A stretch of 64,000 nt of DNA. Source: Bugula neritina. Its lineage: Eukaryota > Animalia > Bryozoa. The stretch spans positions 15,409,289-15,473,288 of the forward strand of contig OZ037771.1 of the NCBI GenBank assembly GCA_964035545.1, given 5' to 3'. Position 1 is the stretch's first letter, and each line of letters starts with the position of its first letter. The notes beneath the pieces were generated by a model. That model did not search any database. It worked only from the letters and a program-made list of their open reading frames with translations, and was not told where the DNA came from. This document shows, in pieces, positions 14,901 through 34,010 of the stretch. Position numbers and translations under genes: made by a program.

Positions 14901-16681
14901 AGGAACACCAACTGATAGTATCATACTGACTACTGAGTTATTCCCATACTGAGTTATTATCAAACTGAGTTAATATCATACTGAGTTAATATCATACTGA
15001 TTTATTATCATACTGAGTTATTACCATACTGAGTTATATTATATTGAGTCATCATACTGAGTTAATATCATACTGAGTAATGAGTTATTATCATACTGAG
15101 TTCTTATCAGGCTGAGTTAGTCCCATACTGAGTTATTATCAAACTGAGTTAATATCATACTGATTTATTATCATACTGAGTTATTACCATACGGAGTTCT
15201 TATCATACTGAGTTATATTATATTGAGTTATCATACTAAGTTAATATCATACTGAGTTATTATCATACTGAGTTCTTATCATACTGATTTATTATCATAC
15301 TGAGTTATCCTATATTGAGTAATTATCATACTGAGTTATTATGATACTGAGCTAATATCATAAAAATTAATATAATTCTCCCCTTACTTGATCAGTATTC
15401 AATGATAACAGACTGCAAATACTCATTATCCATAAGCATATGTAAGCTATAGGCATATACTGCTAAATACTTGATGGTTCACGGATAACTAACACTGATT
15501 TGGCAGTAATGCAACAGCCACACTCTACTTATATCTAATATCATTAACGCTTACAGCTATTCCCTATGGGACTGAAAAATGGCTTATAGGTCGATAGAAA
15601 TCTTGTCAACAATTTACAATTTAATAGGTACAATGGTATGGCTGTAGTTACAGAAACAACTATAGTTATAAGTTGAGAAATTGTTGCTGCAACTACATGT
15701 AAATTAACAAGTGGCCGTGATCGTATTATAAAAGTTCACATATTTTATGACTACATCGCATTGAACATTGTCACTACAAGCATTTTTTTATTTCACCTAA
15801 TTCATCCTATGACCCATCATAAATTGTGCAGCAAGACCTTGCTACTATAACAAAGTTGATCGGTTTACCAATTTGATTTTGATGTCAAAAGAACTTACAT
15901 TCAGGGTGCTATCACAATGATAATTAGGCTTGGATTAAGTCACTGCGATGGACTAACAGTAATACTGACGTGGACCATGGTGATGCACATTTTGATTTCT
16001 TTTTTTACTTTTAGTTCCGTAACTAGTGTTATACTTATAGAAAATAGGCAGTTAATGTTATGAGTTAAATAAGGATACTGATAGTAATCCAGCAAGTCCT
16101 AGTAGTAGTAGCTTTATTACACCAGCAAACTATTTCTATGGCTACTGCCATGCCATGCTTTGGGGCAATAATTCAAAGGGAAGTGTTCAACAGTCGAGCG
16201 TCAGAAAAAGAAAGCTATTACATTTACTGCGAAGTAACATTCGGCCGACAGCATTGCTTTTGAATTAAGTCACTTGTAAAAAGTCTTAGTCCGAGTGAGC
16301 ATATGGTTGCTGCGCAACGCGCAGTACTAGACTGGGCCCTTCAAGCTCGCGCCGCACCCTTACCTTGCTTTTTAGCAGATCTCCTGCACTGGCATTACTC
16401 GTATTGCTTTTTGGTACAGCTGATTCATCTAAGCCTTCTAATGTTGACAGTGTAGGTCTTCTTTGTAGTTTTATTTTTTCTATATCAGCAGTTTCTGAGC
16501 CACCACGCCAATGGTGCGCTTTAGGCACGCCAGTTTTAGGCCTTTCAACAGGTGCTGCCGTGGTTGGCCTTTTATTGTCAAATAATCCACTTTTGTAGCA
16601 GCCATGAGTTTGTAAGTTAGCTGAAGCAGAGCTGGGACGTACAGGCCGTCTGGATGGAATAGATTCTGTGACTGGAGACAT
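1..16681 (-). CDS. EF-hand + WD40 repeat protein, WDR49/CFAP337-EFCAB8-WDY family (3' end beyond window start)
   Basis: 21 phase-consistent GT-AG exons: 16681-16364, 14735-14595, 12950-12829, 12719-12611, 12248-12097, 11810-11625, 11155-10965, 10877-10659, 10553-10405, 10277-10126, 9860-9758, 9619-9433, 8321-8267, 6191-6080, 5880-5718, 4789-4638, 4152-4008, 3896-3768, 3338-3157, 1977-1853, 33-<1. EF hands AFQEADEDGSGELDLDEF and FYKIDWSSDGNITWDEF; WD motifs TGGMDRIVRMWN, TGGRDGAIKVWN, GHKEDILSIAF..ATSSYDGEVIIWN, WRAHVEIINSL..TASNDCSVRLWN; tail GKRLRHEKL. Start Met at 16681 is inferred. Confidence 0.9.
84..766. repeat. 17-bp minisatellite (AGTAAAGTGACATGTAT and variants), ~40 copies
   Basis: Direct periodicity; intronic in the WD gene. 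Confidence 0.95.
1566..1613 (-). CDS. Candidate cassette exon of WD gene (45/48 nt, NAGNAG acceptor)
   Basis: tttag|tag|TGTGAGAGCA...GGTATCAG|gtaac; phase 2-2, open (SVRATSAYDPRHGGI). Confidence 0.5.
1985..3156. repeat. 22-bp minisatellite (CACACAGTATTATACAGTATAT), ~53 copies, fills the whole intron
   Basis: Runs from a few nt inside the acceptor to the donor GT itself. Confidence 0.95.
3370..3760. repeat. 30-bp minisatellite (AGTAACTTATACTCACTCACAGTCACTAGG), 13 copies
   Basis: Direct periodicity. Confidence 0.95.
4185..4600. repeat. ~17-bp TAGTA/TAGCATA minisatellite
   Basis: Direct periodicity. Confidence 0.9.
5187..5207 (-). CDS. Candidate 21-nt WD-gene microexon (PHRDKKS)
   Basis: ttcctacag|CTCACCGTGACAAGAAATCTA|gtaagt; phase 1-1, open. 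Confidence 0.5.
5430..5700. repeat. 33-bp minisatellite (AAACTGGTGTTAGTATTTACTAATGAGTAATAT), ~8 copies
   Basis: Direct periodicity. Confidence 0.9.
6203..6340. repeat. 20-bp minisatellite (TACAATATAGTATAACATAA)
   Basis: Direct periodicity. Confidence 0.85.
6627..6650 (-). CDS. Candidate 24-nt WD-gene microexon (SGSSGRKE)
   Basis: ctttttctttag|CGGCAGCTCAGGTCGTAAAGAAAG|gttaat; phase 2-2, open. Confidence 0.45.
6708..7398. repeat. 12-bp minisatellite (GTACACAGTATA), ~57 copies
   Basis: Direct periodicity. Confidence 0.95.
7565..7935. repeat. 25-bp minisatellite (GATAGTGAAAGTGTAATATACAGAT)
   Basis: Direct periodicity. Confidence 0.9.
7957..7968 (-). CDS. Candidate 12-nt WD-gene microexon (SGRE)
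   Basis: catgctgtttgctgtag|TGGCCGTGAAAG|gtatag; phase 2-2, TGC motifs just upstream of the AG. Confidence 0.45.
8366..8916. repeat. (CTA/CTG)n trinucleotide microsatellite
   Basis: Direct; source of the spurious poly-S/V/L ORFs. Confidence 0.95.
9902..10105. repeat. 17-bp minisatellite (AGTGAGTAAGAGTTAGY)
   Basis: Direct periodicity. Confidence 0.9.
10274..10410 (-). repeat. 34-bp tandem repeat x4 spanning both splice sites of a WD-gene intron
   Basis: Minus-strand unit GTAAGTTGTTTGACGTACRTGTAG-ATATACTAAG. Confidence 0.9.
11415..11622. repeat. 23-24-bp minisatellite (ACTAATGACTAAGCCAGAGTACAT) abutting a donor site
   Basis: Direct periodicity. Confidence 0.9.
11900..12096. repeat. (CACT)n/(CT)n low-complexity tract abutting a donor site
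   Basis: Direct. Confidence 0.85.
12255..12603. repeat. 11-bp minisatellite (TATACTGACTR)
   Basis: Fills the intron; same unit as 51228-51950. Confidence 0.95.
12722..12802. repeat. 12-bp repeat (GATATACAATAC) ending in the acceptor
   Basis: Direct periodicity. Confidence 0.85.
12960..13340. repeat. TACAC/TACTG compound minisatellite
   Basis: Direct. Confidence 0.85.
13690..13950. repeat. ~30-bp AT-rich minisatellite
   Basis: ATATTACATAATATCAATTATATAATACT-like units. Confidence 0.8.
14036..14262. repeat. 33-bp minisatellite (GAGTTGAAAGTGAGTGATAGTGATGAGATGGTG)
   Basis: Direct periodicity. Confidence 0.85.
14920..15360. repeat. 16-bp degenerate minisatellite (ATCATACTGAGTTATT)
   Basis: Direct periodicity. 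Confidence 0.85.
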
Positions 16682-17233
16682 CTTGAAACTTGATAAATGA
16701 CTTTTCGGAGAAGGTCTGTTGACCAACTCGTCCAGTAGTTTACGCTCCTCTGGCGTTATCACTATTGATGCCACAACGCGGTTCTTTATTATTATGATTC
16801 TTTTATCAGGATTTTCTTTGCTTTTAATTATTTTGCATTTCCTTAAAAATAATTTTATCACATTTTAATTTTAAAAAATTGAAAAATGTTCTCAAATATT
16901 TGCATTTTGTTACGACATTAAGCATTGCTTTTAGAGAGAACAACTCCATAACTTAGAGTACGGTTGCGGTAAGGATCATGCTATAATATGCTATTCATAA
17001 TAATTGTAAGGGACTTGTTACAATGAACTGGCAAATAAATAGTGGTAACGGAAAAATTGAAGTTTAGGAGATTTTTTAGCAATCTCCATATGTTCCACAC
17101 TGAACAGAGAGTACCATATATTATAATATAGAACAACATAATATAATCTTATACAAAATGATATAATATGACTAATAACTGTAAATATAGCCCATTGCTT
17201 TACAGTTTACATCAACCCATAGTGTAGATGCAC

Positions 17234-17381
17234 CTAATAATAATAAGCCATAATAGTTGCTACATACATGAGTGAATCCTTAGATTTGGAACTTGCAGCC
17301 AAGTTTAGAGGATGCTGTTGAGAGTGTGTCTGCTGCTTAGACTGCTGCTGCTTTGACTGCTGCTGCTTAGACTGCTGCTGC

Positions 17382-17418
<37 letters not shown>

Positions 17419-18372
17419 TTCTTTGCTGAGACTGATCTTGAATGTTCAATTTGTTTGCTTTCAACAACTGTCTTGTAGCCATTGCTAGACGGACTGCTCT
17501 CTCTGTGAGAGATTATTAGAGACTGAAATTGTATTCTGCTTTACCAGTTGGCATGCATGTGTTGAGCTTCAATTTAAAAGTTTCAGTGTATATGGTTATG
17601 CTTAAGTTAAATTCTATTTTCTCAAAGTGAGGTGCAATATTTTAATTATAATGAAAAGAAGAAAATAGGAAATAAATAAATAAATAAATTTCAAGTAAAC
17701 ATGAATTGAATTGAAATGCTATAGAGAACCACGCATGCAAGAAGTAAGGTGGGGTCAAGAGAAAGTAAGGTGGGTCAAGAGAAAGTAAGGTGGGTCAAGA
17801 GGAGGTAAGGTGGGGTCAAGAAGAAGTAAGGTGGGGTCAAGAAGAAGTAAGGTGGGGTGAAGAAGAAGTAAGGTGGGGTCAAGAGGAAGTAAGGTGGGGT
17901 CAAGAAGAAGTAAGGTGGGGTCAAGAAGAAGTAAGGTGGGGTCAAGAGGAAGTAAGGTGGGGTCAAGAAGAAGTAAGGTGGGGTCAAGAAGAAGTAAGGT
18001 GGGGTCAAGAGGAAGTAAGGTGGGGTCAAGAAGAAGTAAGGTGGGGTCAAGAGGAAGTAAGGTGGGGTCAAGAAGAAGTAAGGTGGGGTCAAGAGGAAGT
18101 AAGGTGGGGTCAAGAAGAAGTAAGGTGGGGTGAATGGAACATACTTAGCCTGTGACTATAACCGAACTTTCTCTTCTGTTTGCTGATCTTTGAAGAGGAA
18201 GGCGTGGAATGATCCGCCAGGCACTGAAAATGTGGATCTACCGACAACTTAGCCAACTCTCCTCGGAACTTCACTTCATTATTCAAGAAGTCTGAGAAAT
18301 GCCTTGCTATCTGCACACCCGTCCAAGAGAGCCCACCTGTCCTGTTGCACCTCGGGCTATTGCCCACCAAAG
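17234..18372 (-). CDS. Uncharacterised protein with C-terminal poly-Q (last two exons; 5' end uncertain, possible first exon 20791-20758)
   Basis: Exon 18372-18145 (tgacag|..|gtatgt, phase 1-1, LVGNSPRCNRTGG...GYSHRL) splices in frame to 17502-17234 (tctcacag|, KRAVRLAMATRQ..poly-Q..YYY*). No recognisable family. Confidence 0.55.
17738..18132. repeat. 21-bp G-rich minisatellite (AAGTAAGGTGGGGTCAAGARG), ~18 copies
   Basis: Direct periodicity; intronic in the poly-Q gene. Confidence 0.95.
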
Positions 18373-19173
18373 CTGTCATCAAAATTATGAGACTTTGATT
18401 AAGCAGCAGAAGTATGAATACTGTTAATATATTCAAGTATATAATATAGTACTATTACTAGTAGTTAGTATATTCAAGTATATAATATAGTACTATTACT
18501 AGTAGTTAAGTTACGTGGTTAACTAGTTGTTTATTGGAATACTGAATTCTACACATAAGATGCTCCTGTTGGGAGTTGTCTTACATTACAGATAGGCTCC
18601 AATGATCTAATTCACAAAATGAGCATCTTTTAGCAGTGCAGAATAATTTGGCGACCAATACTATATTATAATTCTATCCGATGTAATTCTTTGTTTTCTA
18701 GTCATTAGTAAACTACGACAATATATTCTGCAAGGTTTAGTTAATATTTAGGGATATCTTGAGGGTACATTGAAGGGGTTCATTGAATTATGTATGCCTA
18801 ACTGCTGTCACTTCTATTACCTATATATGTATCGTTTCATGCCACAAATTGAAATATGAGTTTTAAGTCGCAAATTACTTGCTTCAAATAAATAAATGAA
18901 AGATTCAAATAAACAACATAAAGAAGGTGTTATTTCTAGTAGCAGTTGTAAAGTAGCTGTAAGTATATCCTCACAGCTCAGAATACTGCAGCTTAATCTA
19001 CTTCACAGTACCACAATAATATTTTCATATCAAGCTATTTTATAGTTCTAAGACTTGTGCTGTACTGTATATGAAGTGACAAGTCTAGCTGTACTCAGCA
19101 TATATAATGTGATATTAATATCATACATGTAATATAATATAATAAACAGAGTGTATAGGCCTAATTTATATAT

Positions 19174-19181
<8 letters not shown>

Positions 19182-19263
<82 letters not shown>
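19182..19263. repeat. (TA)n microsatellite
   Basis: Direct. Confidence 0.95.
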
Positions 19264-19268
<5 letters not shown>

Positions 19269-19916
19269 TATGTCGGGCATAAAGATATCTTCTGGCAATG
19301 ATATTAATTATAAACAAAATAATTACAACAATTAGTGAGATACTTGGTATGTTATAATATGTAATATAATAAATATACTATATGACTATATAAAGTAATA
19401 TTAATGATATATGTAATATATGTAAAAGACATATCATATAAATATATTAGCCCAGTACTGCTTTAAAACTCTGATTAAATATTATTGGGATGAAATAACA
19501 ATAGTGCTGGATGTGTATATATTGTTTATTATCTCAATGTCTGCTACACATTATTCAGTTTTAATGCTTCTAGAAAACTTTTCTAGAAAAATCTGCAGAT
19601 ATACCAATAGAAACATTGGCTATATGACTGGAGAATGATTCTTTTGTTTTTTCTTTATTGAATGCAGCATTCCTTTAGTTTGCAATTGTTGTTTGGCTTA
19701 AAGGACTCAATCCATGATCAGCATTATTTTTAATTTTCTTTTTGTTTGATTATAATTTACATAATAAATGACAATGCAACATTATAATATGCTGCAAATA
19801 TAATATACTATTACATAACTATTTTACAATTATATATATATGTATATATAATTAAGGAAATAGCATATATATACACATATATACACATACATACTCATAC
19901 ATACACATTTATATAT

Positions 19917-19949
<33 letters not shown>

Positions 19950-22239
19950 ATATCCATTATATATAAAATAATATTCACTATATAATATTATAATATCCAA
20001 TATATATTATAATATCCACTATATATATTATAATATTTACTATATATAATATTATAATATTCATTATATATATAATTGCATTGTTATAGAGAAACTAAAA
20101 CAGATCCTTTTGGCTGTGAATGTTATAAAGCTAATAGGCTGGTGACACCCATGCAAAGTGTCTGCAAGTGCTTGCACCTAACATATGCCAACTCTCCATC
20201 CTTTTATGCTACAAGTCGTGTCTCTAAATGCAGCATATTTAAAGGACGTCTTTCCAGAATTGAAATGCAATTTGAATAGCAAAGAGAAGGCATATGAGCT
20301 GCAGATAACTTCTCCTTCCTAACTTATCTCAACACAAGCTGCAGTGACAAGTGGCAACAAGTGTCACTAGCTGGACAGAGTACCTGTTCCCTCTGTCATT
20401 ATACCCATACACCAAGTCTATTTATATATAATATGTAAATTCATTACCTGTCACTACTATGATACAGTTGAGTTTTTCTAGAAATAAATTTAATTTAATT
20501 CTAGATTAACTGTAAATACCTGTCTCACACTTTTCACTTCTTTAGGTACATGTGTGACGTTATCAGATGTAACTTGTATGCACAGATATACATATATGTG
20601 CAGCACATATGACAACGTATTATAATATTTCTTATATGATGTACTACATGTTACTATATTATATTGTATTATACAACTTATACTATAATATATAAAACTA
20701 TATATTATAGTATAATATAATACAAAAGGAGTAAGTAGAAAGAGTGAAATATTTTACCTGATCTTCTATGGAATAGCTCACTGCACATCATTATGATCTC
20801 ATGTATTTACCGGACTGTCTCACTACTCTTTCTTTTTCTATTATTTGATAAACAAATGTTGAATTTAATTCATTATTTTCGTCCATTAACATTGATTGAC
20901 ATTGCAGTTACCTAATATATTACAGTTACTTAGTATGAAACACTAAAGCCATGTTTTGTTCACTCCAAACTCATTATAAATTGCTTTCTCTATACTTCTA
21001 CACTTCATCATTAAAATTAATTATTAAATTATTACATTAATATGTAAATCAAAATTATAATATTATGCTAAATTGAAGATAAAATAAAATTGCCTTTCAA
21101 AACTAAATTTATTATCAAGTCTTATTCTAAGGTTTATACGTTTTACTGTGCACCCATAGACAGCTATGTTAATAATTCGTAGAATCGCTTTCACTGATCA
21201 GGTTTAGATGGCAATATACTGCAATATTTTATTTTATTTTATGCCAAAGATTAATTATATTCAACACGTAAAGTGTGGAATGGTTAATTGGGCTAAGCTA
21301 GTTATTAGGTCACTGAGTCAGCAGGTCAAAGGGTCAGCAACTGGATAGTATAAGTCAGCGAGTCAGTAAGGTGATAACTGATTTGTTATAAACTCGTGTA
21401 GTGGAAACTACCTGTAGAATTGTTGTTTTTCTTGCAGTTATAACATTGCAGGAATGTAGAAGAATTATTAAGTTGTGAATGAGATGGGAAAGTAATTTTA
21501 TTACTGCATGCCATTCATTCTGTTCAACATTCTAGAAATATTTTTGTATCAGAAGTTGGCCGAGCATTATTATCTTTTATATATTATAATATGTATTTAA
21601 AACTATTATATTACATAATATAATATAATATTATCTATTATATTATAATATAATACATCATGTTACATGATATAGTATTTATTTCCAGTATATGATATTA
21701 TTAATTATGCCATATCATAAGTTATATGGTATTTAATGATCTATTATACATTTTATATACATTGTATAATATATTATAATCTATATCATATTATATAACA
21801 TATTATATACATTGTATAATATATTATATAATATGTTATATTATATAATATATCATATACATTGTATAATCTGTTATATCAAATTGTAGTATATTATATT
21901 ATACCATATAATATATTTTGTTGCATTATATTATGTATTATATCATATTGTATACTACATATTACATAACCTATTATATAATAATCTATGTTATTATATA
22001 ATATATATATGAAGTAGTCTATACTCCACCACAATAAGCTAGCAGAAATGTACCAAATAATATAGCCATTAGTTTACAAAATATCTTATTTTTTCATTAA
22101 AAAAGAAAAGTCTAGTAATATATATTGTTTTAAAAGAAATATAAGGGAACAGCCTATTTCATTGCCATACCCATAATGCCTTTCTAGTAATGTATACATC
22201 CAGCTTATAACATAACAATGCAACTAGTATAGTGCTGTG

Positions 22240-22430
22240 TATTATAATTATTATAGTGGTATGTATTATATTATAGTGGTATGTATTATAATATAGTGGT
22301 ATGTACTATATTATAGTGGTATGCATTATATTATAGTGTTATGTATTATATTATAGTGCTATGTATTATATTATAGTGCTATGTATTATATTATAGTGCT
22401 ATCTATTATTTTATATTGCTATGTATTATA
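22240..22430. repeat. 20-bp minisatellite (ATGTATTATATTATAGTGST)
   Basis: Direct periodicity. Confidence 0.85.
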
Positions 22431-25400
22431 TGGTATATGATGTTGATTTATATTATGCAGCAATATGACATGAAGTTGAATAGACAAAAAGTTATTATAA
22501 TAAACTATTAGCTGAATATTATTTTACAAAAACTTCCTATATATTTAAAGCAAACTAAAATAAAATAAATATATAATATATATAATATAAAAAAATATAA
22601 ATATAAATATATATTGAGCAATATTTTGTATTTTACTTAACGTAAGTTAGTTGATGTTTATTGATGCACTGTATACTCTGTCATAATGTTGAATACATAA
22701 TTTGTTTCTACATGCCATTACAAATAGCGAAAATAGGTCAGTTAAAATGATCACTTTTCATTTGAATTCACACAACATAGCTGTATCGTTGAAAGATATA
22801 GTAGTTAACCTATTCATTATTAGAGTATTTTCACATTATAGTTTGCATATAAAAACATGATATATAAGGCAGAAATTATAAACAGATACTTGTTATAACA
22901 TATGCTAAATATAATATGCTAAAGAAATATTGATAAATACTGTTGAGTATAACAACGTGGCTTGCATGAAGGTCACAGAACAGATTATAATTTAGAGTTT
23001 TACAAGAGCCTGGATGTGACCTCATAAAGGCTGGTTAACCCACGCTCTATTTTCAGTGCAACTTTACTTTGGGTGGTACAATTTATGTCAAACATGTTGC
23101 CAAAAAGTTGGGGTACACAAAGAGCATGCAGTCGTATGTTTGCATTATGTAACCATCATTGAGTATTGTTCTAACACGACTAATACCACATTGCCAATTC
23201 ATTAAGATTTGTAATTAATTGTGTATTTTATGTAAAGCTTTTAGATGTGGGAATTTGGTATAATTTAAGGTTTAAAGGTATAATTTAGTGGGCAAAAGAG
23301 CTCTGATGTGTTGATTATAAATGAAACACAATGATTAGTGGTGAGCAGTATTGGTTCTGAGGAGAAACTGAGACTGAAGCGGGCAAGCATCACCCCCCCC
23401 CTCCCCCAGTATTTAGGTACTTGTTGAACTGTGTGATGTGCAGTCTGTATTTACTACAATTTAGCAAGTTTCAAGTAAATTCAAATAATTTAGAGAGAAA
23501 ATAACATATTAAGGAAGCAAGGAGCGCCATAAGTTTAAACTAGAAATATATATGACACACATAACAGGCACTTGCAGTAGAAAATGATGGCACCTAACAC
23601 TGGGTGTCAGATCACCTGACGCTGGGTGTCAAGTAGAATGCCAAAGAGAGTTTCGGAAAAAATTAAACTAGAAAATGCTCGAAAATTAACAGTTTGAAAA
23701 GTTATATTAGATATTTATTTTATTTGAAAATAAATTTTATCAACAGTCACATGAAAATATGAGGTTGCGTGTAAATAAGAGAACTATTGCTACACTGGGT
23801 AATATGTGAGTGGAGATGATTCATGAATACTGCTATTAATAATATTCTCACTTTAGCCCAAGGCGGGTTACAGGATGCTCTATCACTAGCAAAAATAAAT
23901 AAAAAAGTAAATAAAAAAGTAAATAAAAACTTTCCTATTGGCTTAAACATTAGGCTTATAGTTGATGGGAGTTCTCATAGTTTGTAAAGACAGTGAATAT
24001 ATACTGCAGAAGTCAATGCTTCAACTGATTATTGTATTATACTAATAAGATTAGAGATCAATGTAATATAATAACTGGATGAGATGAGAAGTTTCTGTGT
24101 CTATTTAGAAACTCCATGATGGTCAGTTAGCAGTGAATTAATGCTAACATTTCGTGACAATAAGCTTCCACTTTGCAGTGATAAATGTTTATTAGGTCCT
24201 CCATAACCGCCTTGGCGCCACTTTTCAACCTTTTCACCATACTTGCTAAATGCGCTGCGTGTGGAAGTGGAGAGGGTATTGTTGGCAAAGCATCATATTA
24301 TTGTGCACTACAACTGATGCATATAATTGAGATATTTAAAGTTTTTACAGGGATGGGCAGCCATGGAGGCAGTCAATGAATTAATACAATTATTTTACAA
24401 GAAATCAGTCAATTGTTTGACTCTAGCCATCAGGAGAGGCCACAACTCTTCACTCTTCACACACTAAGTTTAACAATCTGTTGCATTTTCTGAAACTAAC
24501 TTTCCTACTAGTACTTGGTGATTTTGAAATTCAACAAATTATTTGTAAGATGATGTTTATCTCCTACTGGGTTTAAACTAGTCATGTTCCAACACACTCC
24601 AAAAGTCACCAAATAGGAAGCCCACGGAGTTGGGTGTGTGAGAGTTGACGTGAGAATATAAAACATTATTTCTCCTCATTATGTGAAAGCAACGCCCTAT
24701 TTGAAAGCGTCAACATAAACAGATTTTATTTAAAGTTGGATGGTTTCACTAAACGAAACTTTGCTGCATATAAATTTACATCTAGCAAACCCTGTGAAGC
24801 CAGAATGGACAAACACCAACGCCAATAATTTATGATATGTAATTTATATTATTACCGTTGCTTATAAACATCCTTTTCCTTTTATCTTTATCAAAAGCTT
24901 TCTCTACATCTAAACACTTTAAAAGTGATAAATTAACACTAGAGTTGCATTGTAAACTTTCAGTAATTAGAATATTAATGGCAACATCGCCATTTTGAAT
25001 TCTTTTTCAACTGATTTCATTTGAAAAACATTTAGACAATGCTGAGCAGTGCCAAGTGCTCTTTGTTCTTTGGACTGAGTAGATATACAATATCTCTTTC
25101 CATCTATAAACCTTTGTTTGTGTCAACCCATATTTACTGAGTTATTATTCAGGATTAAGATTCTGGCAGTGTTCTGTCTCCATATTAATTTGTGTTTCAC
25201 CATCTGACCATGAACACAATGGTATTTGATAACTGCGATTATATAGAATTATATAATGTTATGTATTAAATATTGATATATAACAATATTATATAATGCT
25301 ACCTATTGATACATAGCATTATATAATATCATGTATCAATATATTATGCTACTATATATAATTTCCTGTATTACATAATAATATATGTTACATAGTATTG

Positions 25401-27813
25401 CATATTGATACGTAGTTTTATCTAATAATACTGCATACTATCACATGATATCACATGATATTATGTGTTAATATATATACAATATAATATAATATTAGAT
25501 AGTAATATATAGTATTATATAATAATCAGAATTAACAAAATATAAAACAAATACTGCAGTAAATAACACAAGTACACACGGACTGTAGTTGATATTGGAG
25601 AGAAAACAAAGAATAACAAATATTTCATCATTTGTTCAACTTGAGCGAACTCCCACGATATTTTGAATTTGTTATATGAGAAAATATTGTGTATATTAAT
25701 AACTAGAAACAATTGTGATACGACAACACATAGGATGGGTGAGAATATGCTCACCTGATATTGTAATTTACACTGCAGGCATAATTATGCCTGAATTCTT
25801 TTAAAGCTGAAAAATGATTTGTACTTTGTAAACACTTTCTAGAATTGTATGATTTAAAAAATAATCATATAATTTCCCAGTAAATACTGCTTTATTTAAA
25901 CGTTGTATTTGGCAGAAACTAAATTATCAACTTTTAGCACACATAATATTTTATATATTGTGAAATATTGGATTAAAAAAGAATACAAATTAAATTAAGA
26001 CATTATAATGGAGTAGCTGGGAGGATAGTTGCAATGAGTGTACGAAGTGAGAGTATAGTTTCTCTTATTCATAGTATATAAACAACTCAGCATGCAAGTT
26101 GGCATCTCTGTGAGAAAACCTCTGATGGAAGGATTTTTGCTAAATCGGGCCAAGGACTTATTCAGATGGGGCGCATACATTATATTATATATGTGATATG
26201 ATATTATATAACAATAGTATAATAATAATATTTAATAATAATATATATTGATATATTATAGTAATATAGACTAATAGTATATAATGACATATAATAATAT
26301 ATATGATAAAATAACCAACCAGGGAGACATGCAACCCTCTGTTAGATTTAGAACTTATCCTTTCTATATACATAAAAGACTGGAGGACATAAACAAATGG
26401 CCTCCATTGCAATGGCTGCATGGCTTTTTCTTCCACAGCTTTTTATGAAGACAGCTTTTCTACAGCTGTAGGTAGTACTATAGATACTGTAGAGTTGGCA
26501 GAAGTACTTTATATTAGAATTACATAACATAGGCTTAGCATTGTCTAGCCTCGTCAAGTTGTTTCCCATCTCATTATTATATTCAAGTGTATAACTGCAG
26601 AACATTTTCTCTCCAGCGGGAGTTGAAGAAGAATTTATACAAATACAGGATCTGTACATCTTATACTATACTGAAGGCAACATTCTATACGCCAATCTAC
26701 CAGAATGATGATATGCAATTGCTTGTCCAATAACGTCAACAATAATACACTTTATTTTTATTTTTAAATTTGATTTATTTTCATTTTTGTAAATAATAAT
26801 TATTTTGTAGAAGATGAAATACAATGAGCTATAGCACCCCGTGACACGTCTCCGTCACACGTCTGCGTAAAACGCAGCTCACAATCCATAATAAAAATAA
26901 CGTAATTCATATGAATATAAAATATAATACATACATGTACAGGTATACATGATATATGCACGGCAATGTAACATTTACCTTTGCAATACAAGTCTACACG
27001 CAACCACAAAATATGTCTATAATGTTTAGTGCTTACAGCACACCAATAGCAAGAAGGTTGGAGTTAAGCCACCAATCACTTCAGCCACTCACTAAATTCC
27101 TACAGTTTGAAAGCTCAGAGAGAATTCAAAAGCTGGATTAGAAAAGTTGGTGATATGTTTGGAATAAAAAGTGTGCTATGTAAAGTTGGTAGAGATCTCA
27201 CTCAGAAGGGAATGTCATTAGCAGCGGTTATTTCTTTACATGCATTTGGTAACGGTGACATTGTGTTACAATTTCATATTATACTATAGCATAGTATATA
27301 ATATAATACAATATACTAAATAGTATATTATATTGTTATGATACTGTAATATATATCATAATATATTCACTAGGCTAATCCAAACCACACAGAAAGTCTT
27401 TCTAACAGAGTTAGTTGGTCAAGTGCATGCAGTGTCTAACAAGTGAAGCTAATGTTGTTGAGGGTGCCTCAGCACCCACCCGTAATCGTGTGCCAAGTGC
27501 AAAGTTTAGTATGAGCTCTACGCTCCTGTCAGCTGACCACAAGAGGGGGGTCACACACCCCACCCTGTAGTGACTAAGGGGTTTACACACAGAGGTAACG
27601 CTAGCTAAGCATGTACAACATGCATTATTGTCTGGTATATGAGCATGCAACACTTCGGGCAGAAGTTTAGTCAATAGTTGGGTTAAATAGATGAATAGAA
27701 GAATGTACAAGACATGAGCTAGGAGATGAGCAATATAAAGTTAGTGCTGCTGGTATGTACAGGGCAGGACAACTGCGCTGATTGCTGAGTAGAGGTGCTG
27801 GCGGCAGCAGCGG

Positions 27814-33700
<5,887 letters not shown>

Positions 33701-33914
33701 ATTTCTACTGAAAGGCCTGCTGCACTATACCTGCACTGAAAAGCAAGCAAAAAGAACACAGGTGGCCTGTTAAAGAGCTGATTCAATCCTCCCTTCAACA
33801 ACAAAGCACAAATTTTAATGTGCGCAATTTTCAAACTCAACTCCATCAAAAACACACACAGAACCCTGCGATGTGTCAGTAAATTATTACAAAAAGTAGA
33901 TCAAGTTACTAATA

Positions 33915-34010
33915 AAATTAGATGGGGAGAGGAATACATAAGATGGGGAGAGGAATACATAAGATGGGGAGAGGAATACATAAGATGGGGAGAGGAATAC
34001 ATAAGATGGG
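33915..34010. repeat. 21-bp repeat (AAGATGGGGAGAGGAATACAT)
   Basis: 4-5 copies. Confidence 0.85.

Noticed and set aside
13634-15910. Other AG..GT segments in WD introns (about 19, 14, 25 and 10 nt)
   Set aside because: Not multiples of 3 or contain stops. They also show that chance AG..GT pairs occur, which tempers the microexon calls.
24140-24300. Short open stretch on the minus strand (DALPTIPSPL...EMLALIHC)
   Set aside because: No clear splice sites or homology.
26090-26580. Possible Harbinger transposase remnant (SDGRIFAKSG, HRLS..RQVV)
   Set aside because: Only faint short motifs interrupted by stops, with no TIR or TSD found; needs tBLASTn.
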